This document shows positions 12,832 through 26,701 of a stretch of DNA of 64,000 bases, piece by piece. Below the pieces are notes generated by a model that saw only the letters and a list, made by a program, of their open reading frames with translations, was not told the DNA's origin and searched no databases. Source of the stretch: Phoronis australis (lineage: Eukaryota; Animalia; Phoronida); assembly GCA_002633005.1 (NCBI GenBank), contig NMRA01000502.1, positions 240,604 through 304,603 of the forward strand, given 5' to 3'. Position 1 is the stretch's first letter; the number at the start of each line of letters is the position of its first letter. Made by a program: the position numbers and the translations under genes.

Positions 12832-15170
12832 CAAGGCTCGACGCTATGAAAATCGCCGGGTCGCAAGTTGCGACCTAGCCAGTCCCAGGTCGCACTTTCA
12901 GAATTCAGCTCGAATTCATAAATGCCAGGTCGCAAAAATTTTCCATTTTTACGCGCCAAAATAGCTTTTTTAGATCATCGAGAAAATGTTTAGATCATGC
13001 TCTTTCCTGCGGCGTTAAATACTCACAAATTTCAGGTAGCAAAATTAAGTTGTTACACGCAGGTACGTCGCTACTGTTCTTCACAACGGACATTCAAACT
13101 CTGTTGCCGACGTGAAAGTTGAATCAGTGATCTCTAACCGACACGTACATTCGAGTAGCTAAGTTTGCAATATGAAAAGGGAGAAGATGTTCGTTGAAAA
13201 AATATCCGCACTGTTGCTAGGTCTAACCTGATATATGACTGTCATCAATGTTGTTAAAGATCCAAACTAACTTTGAGTGCAAACTCCCTCCATTTTTTAT
13301 TCGCAGCCCAAACTTTGAAACTTAACTTGACGTTTGAAAAACATCTTGTTTGAAAAAAGTCCGTGAAACGTCACCCTAGCTGAATGACGTATGCGGATGC
13401 GCGGGTACAAATCAGTGCAAGTTTCACAACAAAAATGCTTGACTCGCACTGTTTAAGTACGAATTAATTCCCGAATCCGTGCGGTTTCCATGGGGTAATT
13501 ACAGTTTGCTCCTCAATACCTTAAATTAAATGTAGTGGAAAAATAGGTCAGTCACAGAACGACACACATGTCACTAGTCTTTACATTCTTTCGGAGGTAT
13601 AAAACAAAGCTGGGGTTTGGTTTTTACATATTGAGAAAAGACGTTTTCCTTGAAAATTGAATTTGTTGTTGTGTAAAATGTGAGTAACTCACTGTATAGG
13701 CTGTGTGTCAATTTCAAACCACGTGCGGTCGTTTTTAGTGCGCTAGCCTGAACTGTGGGCGCTTAACTGGAAATTCTCAAAAGTTGAGGGGGAACTCTTA
13801 GTAGAGCAGTGCGCTTACTATGAAACCCTTCAATGTGTGAGCACAGTCGACATCCTGAGAGTTTGCGGTAACAAGATATTGAAAGACTGCATTAGTACGA
13901 AATGATATTATAATACAATTTTGTGAGGCAAACTCCATCTAGTAGGGGTGACTTTCTGGCTGGCTATCGTTACCACCTACACTGTACAATTTTTAGCCAC
14001 CCGCCATAATTCTGTTTTTAATTGCCCACTTCAGCCGGAACAAGATTCTTTCTTTTTGAGTCTGAAATTTAATTTTACGGCGAGGTCTGGAGAGCGAAAA
14101 ATTGGCAATGGGTTGCATGATGAAAAGACTAAAAAGTTCGCTAACCACATCTATCCGTTTAATTGCAATAGGTGGCTACAGGCATAGACCATAGGGAACA
14201 CCGACCCGGAGAACATCGGAACAGGAAAATATTAGTTCTAAGCTACAAAAAGGCATCGGATTTTTCTTAAACGCCGGGAATCTTTTAAGTTCACTGTCGA
14301 ACAAACCATTGGCACCCGAGTGCTTAACACTGAGAGCCAAGACGGTATACTCTTTCATTTAAGTGTGTCGCTGAATTCGTGCAGCTTTGGAGTGGTGCGC
14401 CCGCGTGAGTTCACTTGAATCGCTGGTGTAGGCCTTTACGTTGGGACAACATGTGACAGAAGACTCGACTGTCGCGCACGTAGCCCCAGAAACAAGTAAA
14501 GGGTTTAAGAATTTCTTGGTGACTCAAAAACAACTTTGCTGAAAGTAATACGTGGCCGTCGTTTAGCGATTAATAGGGTTGTAATTTTCACATTTGCTCT
14601 CTTTTGCTATAAAAACGAGACGCACATTTCCAAGTCACGGTCGTCTGCAGGGACTGCGGCTTGCGCGCTAACGAAGGGACCGACCAGTTCAGCAGTGCGA
14701 TATCAGGGATTTTGTCGTGGGTATTTGATAATAAGGACATCTTACGTGAATTAGTAGAAACACCGCTGTCTTGTGACGTTTTATCACGCGTTATGCCGTG
14801 GTCCAAAACTTTCTTCGGCACATCCGGAAATTTGCAATAGTAGCCGAAAATGTTAGCCAATGAAACGCGTCGATGATCGGTGCTGCATTATCCCATGTTC
14901 ACACGACATGCTTAACAGTCACCTCGGGAAGGTTTTTCTCGGTTAGTGTTCTTTTGAACTTGATTTGGCAACATCAAAATAACGGTCGGTTTCACGTGAG
15001 TTGCTTTATATTTGCCTGGTATCTGCCGAGAAGTGTAAAAACTTAGCTCGCATATGTTTGAACATCTAGGTCGCATTTTGAGAAATTGATACGAGCTGAC
15101 AAAAATCTAAGCTCGCATTTTCAAATTTCAGGTCGCTCATGCGACCTGCAGCTCGTTATGTCGAGCCTTG
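12832..15170. mobile_element. Non-autonomous hAT-like DNA transposon (~2.3 kb)
   Basis: Perfect 11-bp TIR caaggctcgac / gtcgagccttg and multiple subterminal aggtcgca/tgcgacct motifs at both ends. Flanks tttat / cttat may be a decayed 5-bp TSD. No transposase ORF. Confidence 0.75.
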
Positions 15171-15592
15171 CTTATAAACCATAAACACAGACAACAGAAC
15201 GAGCAGACGACGTCAGTAAATCAAAGCACGTCAGCTGAGAAAAGCTTGACTTGTACAACAAGTAAACATTAGAGGAAGGAAGCATTAGGCAGTGGAGGTG
15301 CAATTAAATAAATATTGGCCGATCCCTCGGGCATATCAGATCATACATGTGTGACACTCGGGCGAGCAATATTGCCCTCCAGCAATACAGCTCTTCCTCG
15401 GTCCACATGACCTGATTTCTTGGTCAAACTACATGTACATTGTAAGATCTCGCGAACTTTTGTACTGAATTTTGTAGAAGAGGTTGTTTTCGAGCATGAC
15501 AGGCTATACCAATAATTTTACCCTCGTGAGAGCTTATATCGTCGTTGCATGTCAGTTAGTCTACCTCCGTAACACTGCACTTGTCTTTCCAG

Positions 15593-15925
15593 CGGTTGGC
15601 GTGGACGACATGTTCGTTTTACTTGCTGCATGGCGTCAAACGGATCCTCGGCAAACCGTTGAACACCGTCTTGGTGAAACTTTTAGTGAAGCCGTTATTT
15701 CCATCACCATAACGACAGTGACAGACGCTTTAGCATTTGGCATCGGAGCCATAACGTTTTATCCATCCGTGCAGATCTTCTGTGCCTACACCGGGCTGAG
15801 CATCGTCTTAGACTTCATATATCAGATCACCTTCTTCGGCGGATGTATGGCATTGACAGGAAAGCGTGAACACCAGAACAGGCACTCATACACGTGCATG
15901 AGAGTTCTACCTAAAGCCGAAGCAG
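15593..15925 (+). CDS. PTCHD3-like, coding exon 2 (sterol-sensing domain core)
   Basis: Acceptor ttgtctttccag ends at 15592. The exon encodes (A)VGVDDMFVLLAAWRQT...EAVISITITTVTDALAFGIG...FCAYTG...YQITFFGGCM. The donor G|gtaact is at 15925/15926. Both splice phases (1) match the neighbouring exons. Confidence 0.95.
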
Positions 15926-18407
15926 GTAACTTATATATTCTTTATGAAATGTATGGTATTTATGCTCTGCTGCGGTTCATCTGTTTTATCACCTTTCCGA
16001 ACATTATGTAATGGGCTAGCCAAACATCACCGCTCATGCGCTAATCAAAAGTGAACACACATGCAGTTTTCTCAAACCAAAAGCACAATAGGTGTACTTT
16101 TCACCTTTTAGAAGGAAAAGAATTAAGACAGCTTCTACATGATGTAAACTGTCTTGAATTTACATGTTTCATGTAGATAGTGGCTTAACGACGTTAAATC
16201 GTTTTTAAAGACAAAATACATGGGCTGCAGCTCCTTTGTCCTTTTCATTATTGATGATATGCATTCTTATCTGTGCAAGTCAACACAATAGAAGGATTTC
16301 GACTTTTGTCTGAAATTATGTACAAACTCATATCGATCACGTGAACATACCACAACGCTTTTCCACTCTTAGACTTGGACGCTGTCATAGCGTCCAACTT
16401 TATAGGCAGGACAGTTTGTGCATTGTCTATGATTGTAGTACTACTTAAGTATCCGTCACTCTACATCATGGTCCGCGATGGCTCTCATCGACGGTGGTTC
16501 CACTACTGAACCGTCCAACTATCGGCAGTGCCAACTGGAAATGTAGTCTTATCATGAAGTGATGTTCTACTTTATTTTTACTACCCCCCGCTAGGGTGCA
16601 TTTTAGCAAAACGATGTCATGAAATAAACTTCTTTTTTTCTGGTGATATTCGAGCATAAATATTAAAGAAACCACCTAACTCTAAAAAGTTTCCTAATCC
16701 TCTTGCAAGTAAGATTTTTACCAAATCACAAAATGACACACTTTGTGCACAAAGTATAGTACAAAATGTATGGTAGACGTGATTTTTAAAAATACTATTT
16801 AAGTCTAGTCTTAAAAGCATCCACTTCAAATGTATATCGAAATTCAGGTAGATTTTGAAATCACTTTTTCACTTTCAGCCTGCGTGGAAAGTGCTCTCGT
16901 GCTTATCTCCCCTCTTGGAAGTATAATCTTGTGTATTTGTATTTTTGTTCCACCTAATGTGAACCTTCATGAACACCATGTAAAATATGATGACTATCTT
17001 TTTAAGTGTGACTTTTCCCCATTCCAAAAAACAAATTAACTCACACGAAAAAATATAAATTTCAAACCAAAGGTCACTCAGTGCAAATAATGGACAATAT
17101 ACTGTAAGTCACCATACCTACACGTGTAAAATCTCTGAACCCAGTTTGAATTTTTACGCATGGTTTCCTTGTGGTTTTACATGGAGGCTTCTTTAACTTT
17201 AATGTAGCCAGTTTGATCGACAAAAGCTAACAATTGAAGTTGAATGGCAGTGAACTTCACTTTTAGTGAGTTCAGAAATGTTGTTAATAATTATGAAGAC
17301 GCGAGTACACAAAAAGGGGCTGCTCACTGGCGGATCTAGGAGGTCGTGGAAGGGGAGGGAAGGCAAGTTGAGTGCTCAGACTCGAAAATGAAGCGTTCGC
17401 CTCCAAAAATGTCACGTCGACGACTTGCCCGTATGGGGACCCCTATGTTGCAACAGCTGTTGCAATTTGAAGTGGCATACAACGTGAAAAATAGACTAAA
17501 TTGCATTATTCGGAGTTGTTACCTTCGACTGAAACAAAAACCAAACTGTCCACAAGGTATTTTTACGATTTGTTAGTTAAGATTTTGGATTTCTGCTGAT
17601 ATTAAAGCATTTTTCTTTAGTTTCAAATTAAAAAAATACGATATGTCAACTGCTCGTCACTTCGCCGATTTTTCGCCCACACTGTCAAGCACATCTCTTT
17701 AGTTGGTATGGCGAGACATGGCCGTAGCACATTTCCCTTAAATGGAAAATGTGACCTTTGGCCTTTAATGTAAACAAAGTAACTGCGATTTCAAGCAGCA
17801 GCCAATACGTCTTCTTTGAGCGCCTGAGCGCATAATTATAACTAGGGACGAAGAATTGGAAAAACTGTATTGGATAAACAAGATTTTATTTCGTCTGTGT
17901 TCCAAAAATAGTGAATTGGACGATTTTTCTAGAAATTCTTGCAATATTTAAAGTGAATAACTTTCACGTTGGCATCATTCTCCAAGAAGCAGAATTGCCG
18001 CGATCCGTTTGAAAGGATTTTTTACGAGTTTTCGCGTTCCATGTAGCTTTAGGTTTAATTGGTGAACTGCAACGCAAACGAGATACAAAATCTTTTGTTC
18101 ACCACCTCCTTTAAATATAGTGTTACCAACCACCTGAAACTTTCGATGACATTTCTAATCCTTGATCATGTTGCTTTCAACACTACTCCAGTCGTGATCT
18201 CGGCAAAAAAATCTCGCTGTTTATTCAGAGGTGCTAAGAAGACATAAACATATGGTTTCAAATTATGAGAATTGTTGAAACTAAATTATGATTTTTTGGA
18301 ACCTGTAGAAAACTAAAACGTCTTTTAGCCAGGCTGCGTTTCGCACTGCTAAGTTGTCAGACTTATAATATCCCTTATCGTGACAGTGTTCTATTTCCGC
18401 AACTTAA

Positions 18408-18771
18408 AAGGGGACTGTAGTCAAAATAATGTTGCAGTTAATCGGTTCTAATATACAAATAAAACTCACATTTGCCTGACTTGCGTGCCAAACAAAAGCC
18501 AATTCGAATTCATGGTCAAAACACTGAATTCTGAAAGCGATCGCTGATTGGCTGATGTGTCAGTGACGTGAACGGAGGGGTATCGGCTGCTTTACACATT
18601 CATTGCTTATGTCATATTTGAAGAGTTTACATCGTAATTTATCATTGTATCAATCGTCCTTAATTTTTATTGTTTGCCACAGTGCTGTAAAAGGTTCGCT
18701 ATGCTTTTTTGTATGGCACCTGGTTGCTCAAACTCTTCGAAAAAGGCGTCTTCTAAAGGGATGGTCATCGC
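18408..18771 (+). mobile_element. Kolobok-like left end with THAP-domain start, running into a gap
   Basis: TTAA followed by aaggggactgta. ATG at 18701 gives MLFCMAPGCSNSSKK, which resembles the THAP N-terminal C-x4-C motif. Confidence 0.5.
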
Positions 18772-19251
18772 NNNNNNNNNNNNNNNNNNNNNNNNNNNNN
18801 NNNNNNNNNNNNNNNNNNNNNNNNNNNNNNNNNNNNNNNNNNNNNNNNNNNNNNNNNNNNNNNNNNNNNNNNNNNNNNNNNNNNNNNNNNNNNNNNNNNN
18901 NNNNNNNNNNNNNNNNNNNNNNNNNNNNNNNNNNNNNNNNNNNNNNNNNNNNNNNNNNNNNNNNNNNNNNNNNNNNNNNNNNNNNNNNNNNNNNNNNNNN
19001 NNNNNNNNNNNNNNNNNNNNNNNNNNNNNNNNNNNNNNNNNNNNNNNNNNNNNNNNNNNNNNNNNNNNNNNNNNNNNNNNNNNNNNNNNNNNNNNNNNNN
19101 NNNNNNNNNNNNNNNNNNNNNNNNNNNNNNNNNNNNNNNNNNNNNNNNNNNNNNNNNNNNNNNNNNNNNNNNNNNNNNNNNNNNNNNNNNNNNNNNNNNN
19201 NNNNNNNNNNNNNNNNNNNNNNNNNNNNNNNNNNNNNNNNNNNNNNNNNNN
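18772..19251. other. Assembly gap (others at 27620-27749, 43760-44495, 55116-55969; single n at 2824, 38556, 41840, 54027)
   Basis: Runs of n. Confidence 1.
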
Positions 19252-19605
19252 GGGTCACCGACTCCAGCCATTTACAGCTTACAACACACCAAACAATCCC
19301 TAAATCCAACGTAGTTGAGTTCTCTACTAACCTATCTTGCCGCAGAATACTTGCCGATGGAAAGTGGTGGCGACAATTGTTGAAAAACAGCACAAAACAA
19401 AAGTAGAATAGAACAGATTCGCACGGTAAAGTCAACGCAAAACCAAGTGGCGGGAATCGCTTGCCTCCTAAAACGTCACTTCCGCAGTAGCGGTCGAGTA
19501 ATTAATAAAATTACGAAAAGCTGTAATTAAGTGGAAAATATGTCTAGGATAACCAACCAACCTTATTTTAGCTCAAAATGACATGGAAAAAGGTTGCCTT
19601 CGCCT
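19252..19605 (+). mobile_element. Kolobok right end
   Basis: Ends ...aggttgccttcgcct followed by TTAA. Homologous to 24940-25184 and to the reverse complement of 33930-34266. Confidence 0.75.
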
Positions 19606-19920
19606 TTAACAAAGTATTTAATCGGGGCTTGCCTACCCTAAATTTGCGAATTCGAAAATAACGCATGCTGTACGTATGTGTTGCCTATGACTTGAGTTGC
19701 AGACTCGTTCAGAAATTTTTCAAGATGTGATTGAATGTGTTAATGTATTTAAAATCCAAAGCGCGTAGCTTAAGGATTGAACATTAACAGATGAACAGGA
19801 ACGAAATGGGACTTTGAAGTTAATTATAACAAAAAGAAGCCTCAATAGAGCGGTATATTTGATTGATGGTTTTTTACTTAACATGTACCATAGTGAATTT
19901 GAGCTGCATCCTTTTTTCAG

Positions 19921-21233
19921 GGAGCAAGTCTTTGTGTTACCGACTCTTCTGTGCTGCCGGCTATCCCTTTAACTCTCCCACTGTTGACGCAAATGGTGCA
20001 GATGACATCGAAGCTCCACTCGTCCCCCACGCTGGAGTGACGTTCTTTCAAAACTACTATGGTCCCTTCATTATGAAGATACCAGTCAAGGTTTCGACGA
20101 TCCTACTTTATTTTGCATACTTGGGAGTGGCGATATATGGCTGCACACAAGTCCGAGAAGGATTAGATCTTCGCAAGTTAGCATTGGATAATTCATACGC
20201 TATTAAGTTCTATGACGTAGATGAGAAATATTACGATGTCTATCAAGGGAGCGTAATGGTAGTTATCAGAAAAAAGGTTGATTACACATCACCAGCTACG
20301 TTAGGAGAAATAAATAATCTAGTTGATGACTTAGAGTCTACCGGCTACTTCGCTGGTCGTGATTTAGTAGTGTCATGGATTCATGATTACTTGACCTACT
20401 TAAACGACCACGACATAAAGTACGATGACCAAAACTTCACAAAAATCCTCGTTGACAGATTTCTGTTGGAACCTGCATTTGTTAAATACGAACTTGATAT
20501 AGTTTTCAATGAGGACAAAACGAGTGTTTCCCAGTGCAGAATCTTTGTCCAATCGGTAAACATGACAAACAGCACACGTGACCGTTACATGATGTCAGCC
20601 GCACGCGACCTGACTCGCAAATCCTCGCTGGATGCTCTTGCTTACCACCCGGCGTTTATTTACTTCGACCAGTACGAGACAGTTCTTGCCAACACTTTAC
20701 AAAACGTTGGGATTGCAATTGGTTGCATGCTGGTGGTGTCTTTGATACTGATTCCTGACATCGTTGTTAGTTTTTGGGTGTTTTTGGGCATTACTTCGAT
20801 ATGCACTGGAATATTAGGGTTCATGACTTTGTGGAACGAGAATGTTGATACTATAACTATGATTTGCATTGTAATGTCAATAGGATTTAGTGTCGATTTC
20901 TCAGCTCATATTGCCTATGCATTTTCAGTAAGCAGGCAACAAGATCCAAAAGCTCGAGTGTGTGATGCGCTAGGATCTGTCGGGTTGCCAATAACCCAAG
21001 GCGCCTTTTCTACCCTTTTGGGATTCGTCATGTTGAGCTCTGCCCCATCGCATATCTTCAGAATTTACTTCAAAATTCTCTTACTAGTTATTGTCATTGG
21101 ATTCCTACACGGTATTCTCATACTTCCAACCTTTATGTCTATCACTGGAAGACAGATAGCAACGGAAGTCAATATCAAGGCATCTGAAGTTCCCCAGACT
21201 GATGAAAATGAGAGAAGTGACCGCTGTGAATGA
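19921..21233 (+). CDS. PTCHD3-like, coding exon 3 to stop
   Basis: Acceptor cttttttcag ends at 19920. The exon encodes the second luminal loop and C-terminal TM bundle (YHPAFIYFDQY, MSIGFSVDFSAHIAY, GFLHGILILP), ending at TGA 21231-21233. Joined CDS = 1024+333+1313 = 2670 nt = 889 aa plus stop. Confidence 0.95.
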
Positions 21234-22919
21234 ATAGCATTCCAGTCAAAGCAGACAATTCGATTTGCAACCTAATACTTCAGGTCCCTCCGATGAGAAT
21301 CAAACAATGATAACAAATCCCATGTATTCGTGAAAATTTATTTTGAACGATTCTAGGCTTATGGGGCCGTCAGGGATTACACAGCGTCACTCGAGTCTCG
21401 CTGTATTTGCCCACAATACTGCAAACATCCGTCAGACACATTTGCTAGCTGCCTCGTTTTCGTGCCACTGGAGTTTCTCATGTTATTTATAGTTGTTTAC
21501 AATTTTTTCTCTGTTCGTGCTTCCAATACCAATGAAGTATTACTGCTGTGCTGTGGGCTACAATTCCGACGTGAGAAAGTTCGATAAATTGGACAAATAC
21601 CCGTGGATGCGTTATCTGAAGTTCTTCGGCATCCCGACATCAGTGAGAGACACGGAAATGTGCCTGGTTTCCAAAACGAGGTCATGCGCTTTCTAATTTC
21701 CTGGACACAGGAGAGTTTCATCGCTGTGTATTCCTGGATGTCCTTATTGACTCTTTGGAGTCTAGCTATATAGTCACACCGCTACAAAAACGATTCAATA
21801 ACGACACATACATGTATTCTGCTTTCTAGGCGTTAATTTAAAGTGGAAGCCCGCGCTCAATTGAAGGAATTAAGTTTCAATTTGGACCACCTATGATTTA
21901 AAATCGATCTCAAATTGTTCTTTACTGGAATGAGGTGTGACTTTTGTCATTGCAACGAACTGACAGATTTTTTCTTCGGGATCATGCTTGGCAAATAAAT
22001 TTGCGCGCCGTGACAGGTCAACTGGCGGAGTGTGGTGTCGAACAACTATGTAACGGAATGTCAGTCATTTCAAAGCAAGAACTTCACCCCTTAGGAACAA
22101 GTTAATTTCATAACGTTAAGTGGTCTAAACCGTCTGGCTTTTGTGACGAAAGGCAGGTTAACAGCCTCATACATTTCAAATCCTGCATCGATGAAAGACA
22201 ACACAGGGAAAAGGGTATCACGAGGTAAAAATTCATACGAACTACCAAAATCTTTTGCCAACTTCATCGGAATGTTTCAGAACATTTAAATTTCATATTT
22301 TTAGGCATACTTGTGCAGACAATCGTAAAGGGATGGTGGTCGATTTCTAGTACCACATGTAGTGACGGATTCGGAATGTCGAGGGGAATAAACACAAATT
22401 TAAAAGCCAAAAACGTCCGGGCAGGCCCTAAAATCAGCATGACAGTGCCGTTCCTTTTTGCCGTGTCCGGGCAGGTTTCGGAAAAACGATCCATCGTCGA
22501 CAATTCTTCATTATCATTACTTTAATAGATAAATATTCTCTTAAATCATGGTTAGGTTTTTTGTTTATTCGTAGTTTACAAGAAAGCATTTTATTGGGTA
22601 TGGGGGTATGGTTTAAAATATAAACTTACATGTACAATTATAAACTACGATGTAAATGAAAGGCGTATAACTTAGAAAATGTGTATTAAATCATGCGTTA
22701 TAGTAGAAAGTCTGGACATGTTACGGACTATTTTGTGCACACTCAGTGTGATACAGGGTTGTCAGTTACCTCTCTTTTATGTTATTCATCAACTGTCAAG
22801 AAACATATATTGTTAAGGATTTAATTTCTAGTCACTGCTGGTGGGTCAAAAACTTGTTTTTACTGTTTGTAGACCACCTAATATTATTTGCAGTATCAGC
22901 TATCAGCTTACAAAAATGT

Positions 22920-23790
22920 CATATAATTTAATAGAGCATTGCAAAACGTGGCAATTATCGGTTAATTTGTCAAAGACAGTTAAAAATTATTGTATTCAGA
23001 AATGGAGGCTATCACAAACAATATAAAAAGCGGTTTGTTGAGGGAAATGCTGTTGAAGGCACATCAGAATATAAGTACCCTGGTAAACCAAAAAGAATAT
23101 GGACTGGTGCTCAAAAAAGCAGAACAAGCATCTGGAGCACTATTTTCTCTAAAAAAGTATAAGTCAAAATTCATTGACATGCCAATTATTATTCGACTAT
23201 TGTTCTCTGTGGAGCAGAACGTTGAGGTCACCACATGGGTGACGATAGTAAAGTTATGCATAAGAAATTTTGTAAATTTGTGTTGCATATACATGTAGGA
23301 AGAGTCGGCAACCAACGTTGCAGGCAGAGGTGAACTGGGGAAAACGACTATGATGGCACATACATGTACATGTACATGGTTAAAAATGATAAAATAAATT
23401 GATTTACGCATTTGAAATGTTCGGAAAATAATTTTTTTGTTTACTACATGTATTGTTATCAATACGAGATGGATAACATGCATTACTTTCTGCGAGTAGG
23501 TTCACAGAAGATTTTGGGCACAAATCCTCTCCCCATAGATACACTCACTGAAGATAAGCTAAAGGGGATTGGGGATGGTGATTTCCATAGCTGGTTGTAC
23601 GAGATGACTAAATAAGGTAAAGACTGATGGGCATTTAAGGTGAATTTTTTTTTATTTTTGTATGGTTTTGGAATTGTTTGTTGCTCACTAGTAGTTGGAG
23701 ATGTGACTGTACTTTAAACTTTTTTAACAGAAATGTAATGACATCGTACATCAGATGTCGCACAAAAGTGTATCATAAATAGATTAGATA
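22920..23790 (+). mobile_element. Highly degenerate LINE fragment (RTE-X/L2-like RT C-terminal region)
   Basis: Frameshifted motifs EHCKTWQLSVNLSKT, VFRNGG and EYKYPG resemble the post-YADD W-x-L-x-VN-xx-KT...YKYLG region of non-LTR RTs. Boundaries are approximate. Confidence 0.5.
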
Positions 23791-23978
23791 TACAATATAT
23801 AGATTATTCAAACCGACTGTCATGATGTAGACTATGCCCTTATTGTGAGATGAAAGTTATTTAGAGTGAATGCCATTTCTTGCTAGTATGTGCACCAAAG
23901 ACAAAAATTTAGCATTCTAATTGCTGTGATGGATGCACCACTTGCATTTGATCGCTTGACGAGTTCACAAGATAGTAA

Positions 23979-25184
23979 AGGAAAAGGCAACCATTTCTCA
24001 TGTCATTTTTAGTAAAAATACACATGTACGGTTCGTTGATTATCCCAGACACATTTTTCAGTTAATAATAGCTTTCCGTAATTTTATCAATAAAGTCATG
24101 CCTTACTCCAGAAGTAACGTTTAGGGAGTTAAGAATTTCCCGCCATTTTGTTTTCAAATAGTCATTCTGTATGAGCTGTCGAGTCAGTCATTGTTTTACC
24201 TAGGTTGTGTTAAGTTCGGTCGTCGTTTGCATTTGTTTACAAGTCCGTCAACATGCCGCAGGGTTGCTGCGTACCGGTGTGTACTCATTATCGTCTCACG
24301 CGCACTTTTGGTATGCCATTAAACCACTTTCCGAAAGATGACACGCTCCGCCGTACCTGGTTCGTTCGTGTGAAGAACGCAGCGTTACCGTCCACGCAAC
24401 GCACAAAGTAGTGAAGAATTACCGACTGTGTGGCAATGTTTGAAGAAGGGTGCCATGTCGCAGTTGATTTCCGGCAGTACCCGTCCCCATGCCCGAGAAG
24501 TGCATTTTTGAAGCGATTAGCCTCGCAAGCTGTGGCCTCTTAAGTGCCTGGAGGTCCTTCATCTACACTGTCACCCGTGTCTCCGAATGTACCCCAGAGC
24601 ATGCAATTCCGGGAACTAGCTGTGATTCGCCCTGGGCTGGTGTTGTCTCCAGCCCAGAGCTTGCAAGCAGCTCTGCAGCGATATTAACTAGTGAGAGTGA
24701 ATACAGGCCAGATTCGACACCCAGTGGGGAGGATAATTCGCCGTCAAGTGATCAGGCTTTGAGCCAAACTGTCCTCAGTCTCTACCTTATCTCTCTCAAC
24801 AATTGTATGCGCGTATTCTGCCTTGCCATACTTGGGCTCAAACATATATCTACCCACTGACTGTTTGTGAAAAATTTCCCCTCATCACTGCTGTGAACAA
24901 TGTCTCCATCACTCACGTCACTGTCACTGCCTACATCCACGTGAACGTAATTGAATTCTCTAACAATCTAGCTTGTCGTAGAATACACGTCGATGGGAAG
25001 TGGTGACGACAATTTTAGGAAACCAGCACAAAAACAACGGTAGACCCTATAAACGTCAGTTCTGGAGTAGTGCAGGGCTAATTAATAGAATTATGGAGAG
25101 CCCTAATTAAATGAAACGTATGTGTAGGATAATCAACGAACCGCATTTTTACTAAAAGGACATGAAAACAGGTTGCTCTCCCCT
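23979..25184 (+). mobile_element. Internally deleted Kolobok DNA transposon with THAP and KolX-like remnants
   Basis: Long imperfect TIRs aggaaaaggcaacc... / ...ggttgctctcccct, flanked by (g)taa and ttaa. ATG 24253 encodes MPQGCCVPVCTHYRLTRTFGMPLNHFPKDDTLRRTW then, frameshifted, RLCG..FEEGC (THAP). The opposite strand near 24850 encodes RYMFEP. Confidence 0.8.
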
Positions 25185-26701
25185 TTAATCTCATGGCCAA
25201 TGGATCCAATTAAGTTCCCAGACCATGCAGAGATACGGATGTTGAACTGTACATTTTGTTTTGCTTTGGACCTCGTCTTTGCATTTTGTTTAAACCTACA
25301 CGAGTGTACTTCTATGTATTTGCAGTTCGTTTATTTCTGTAGAAGTGGCCAACGGACTATTTACATTGAATAAATCACTTAAAGCGTTGTGGAGGGATAC
25401 GAACTGTTTTTAATGAACCGTGTTAACACTCACCATCACCACCTGATACTCCATAGGCACCAAGTCCAAAAAACTTTTGAGCTCTCGAGTAAAAATTCCA
25501 GCGTTAGGCCTACCAGTCTTAGTTGTTTATCCATGACTCGCATACTCTTTAAGCACGAAACCATTGCTACATAAAGTATTTGATAGCGTCTTGCCCTCCA
25601 AATTTTCTGCACGCTTCCGTCATTTCAGAATGGGTAAAGGATTTTCAAAATGGGAAGTTGTAACATCTATTCGTCCTAGTAGCACAGATTTTGTAATACA
25701 TGTATGCACAGTGAATTTAACTGTGTACTTAAAATGGGAAAATGAGGCGTGTTTAGATAAAATTTTCTACCAGGCAAACATCCGACTATACTTTGATTAT
25801 GCATTATCAGATTCCTGGAACTAAACGCACATCCAATATTTTTTAAAAACTACACTTTTAAACGTTCATTCTTGTTTATATACTCACCTCACTGAACTTA
25901 TGACTTTCGCCCATGTGCTAATAGTGAACACCCAACTACGAAGAATTTCAGTTTCCAAACCCCATACAACGTGCTTGCCTGCAACTAACTTACAAACGGT
26001 GTAAATTGCCTACGTTCAAGCGATTTTGGTTATTTGACGTTAGCTGACACCTATGCAACGGTCTGGGCGTTAACTCAAGTCAGTTGTTATGGTGAACGTC
26101 CACCCTGAGCATAAAGTCTTTTCATACCCTTGATTTATGAATTTTTCTATTCAAACACGCACGCCCTCTGGGTTAATCCTAACGAATTTACGGAAATTCT
26201 CGAGCGTTTGTCTTGGACACGTGATATTTCTGTCTGACAAGCTCACTTGGCAATATTATTTATGCCATATACATGTAACTAATAAGGCTATAATTGCTCT
26301 TACGCAATCTTATAGGCAAAACATGGTGTGTAAAACCTAAAACAATGAACTGGATATACATTGCTCTGACAAGATCGATCTGATCTTACGCATGTGTGCC
26401 TTGGCTCAATGGAACTGAAATAAAATGTGCCTTAAGAATTTTCTTCAGAAGGTACAGCGTTTAGCCTGTCTTGTCATACATTGGCAATTTCTAGCACCAA
26501 GGCGTGAACATACATTATACTACACTCCTTGCTAGCACTACACTGGAAGCAACGAGTTGATGAGTAAAGTCGATTGGTGAGTTCATAATGGCTGAGACAA
26601 TCAGAGGGTCCTTCCCTGTCGACCAAGCAACACTCTGGATTTCCAAGCCAGTTGGTACATCAGGGAACACCTGTGTCCCTTAGCATTAAGGTTTAGTTGG
26701 A

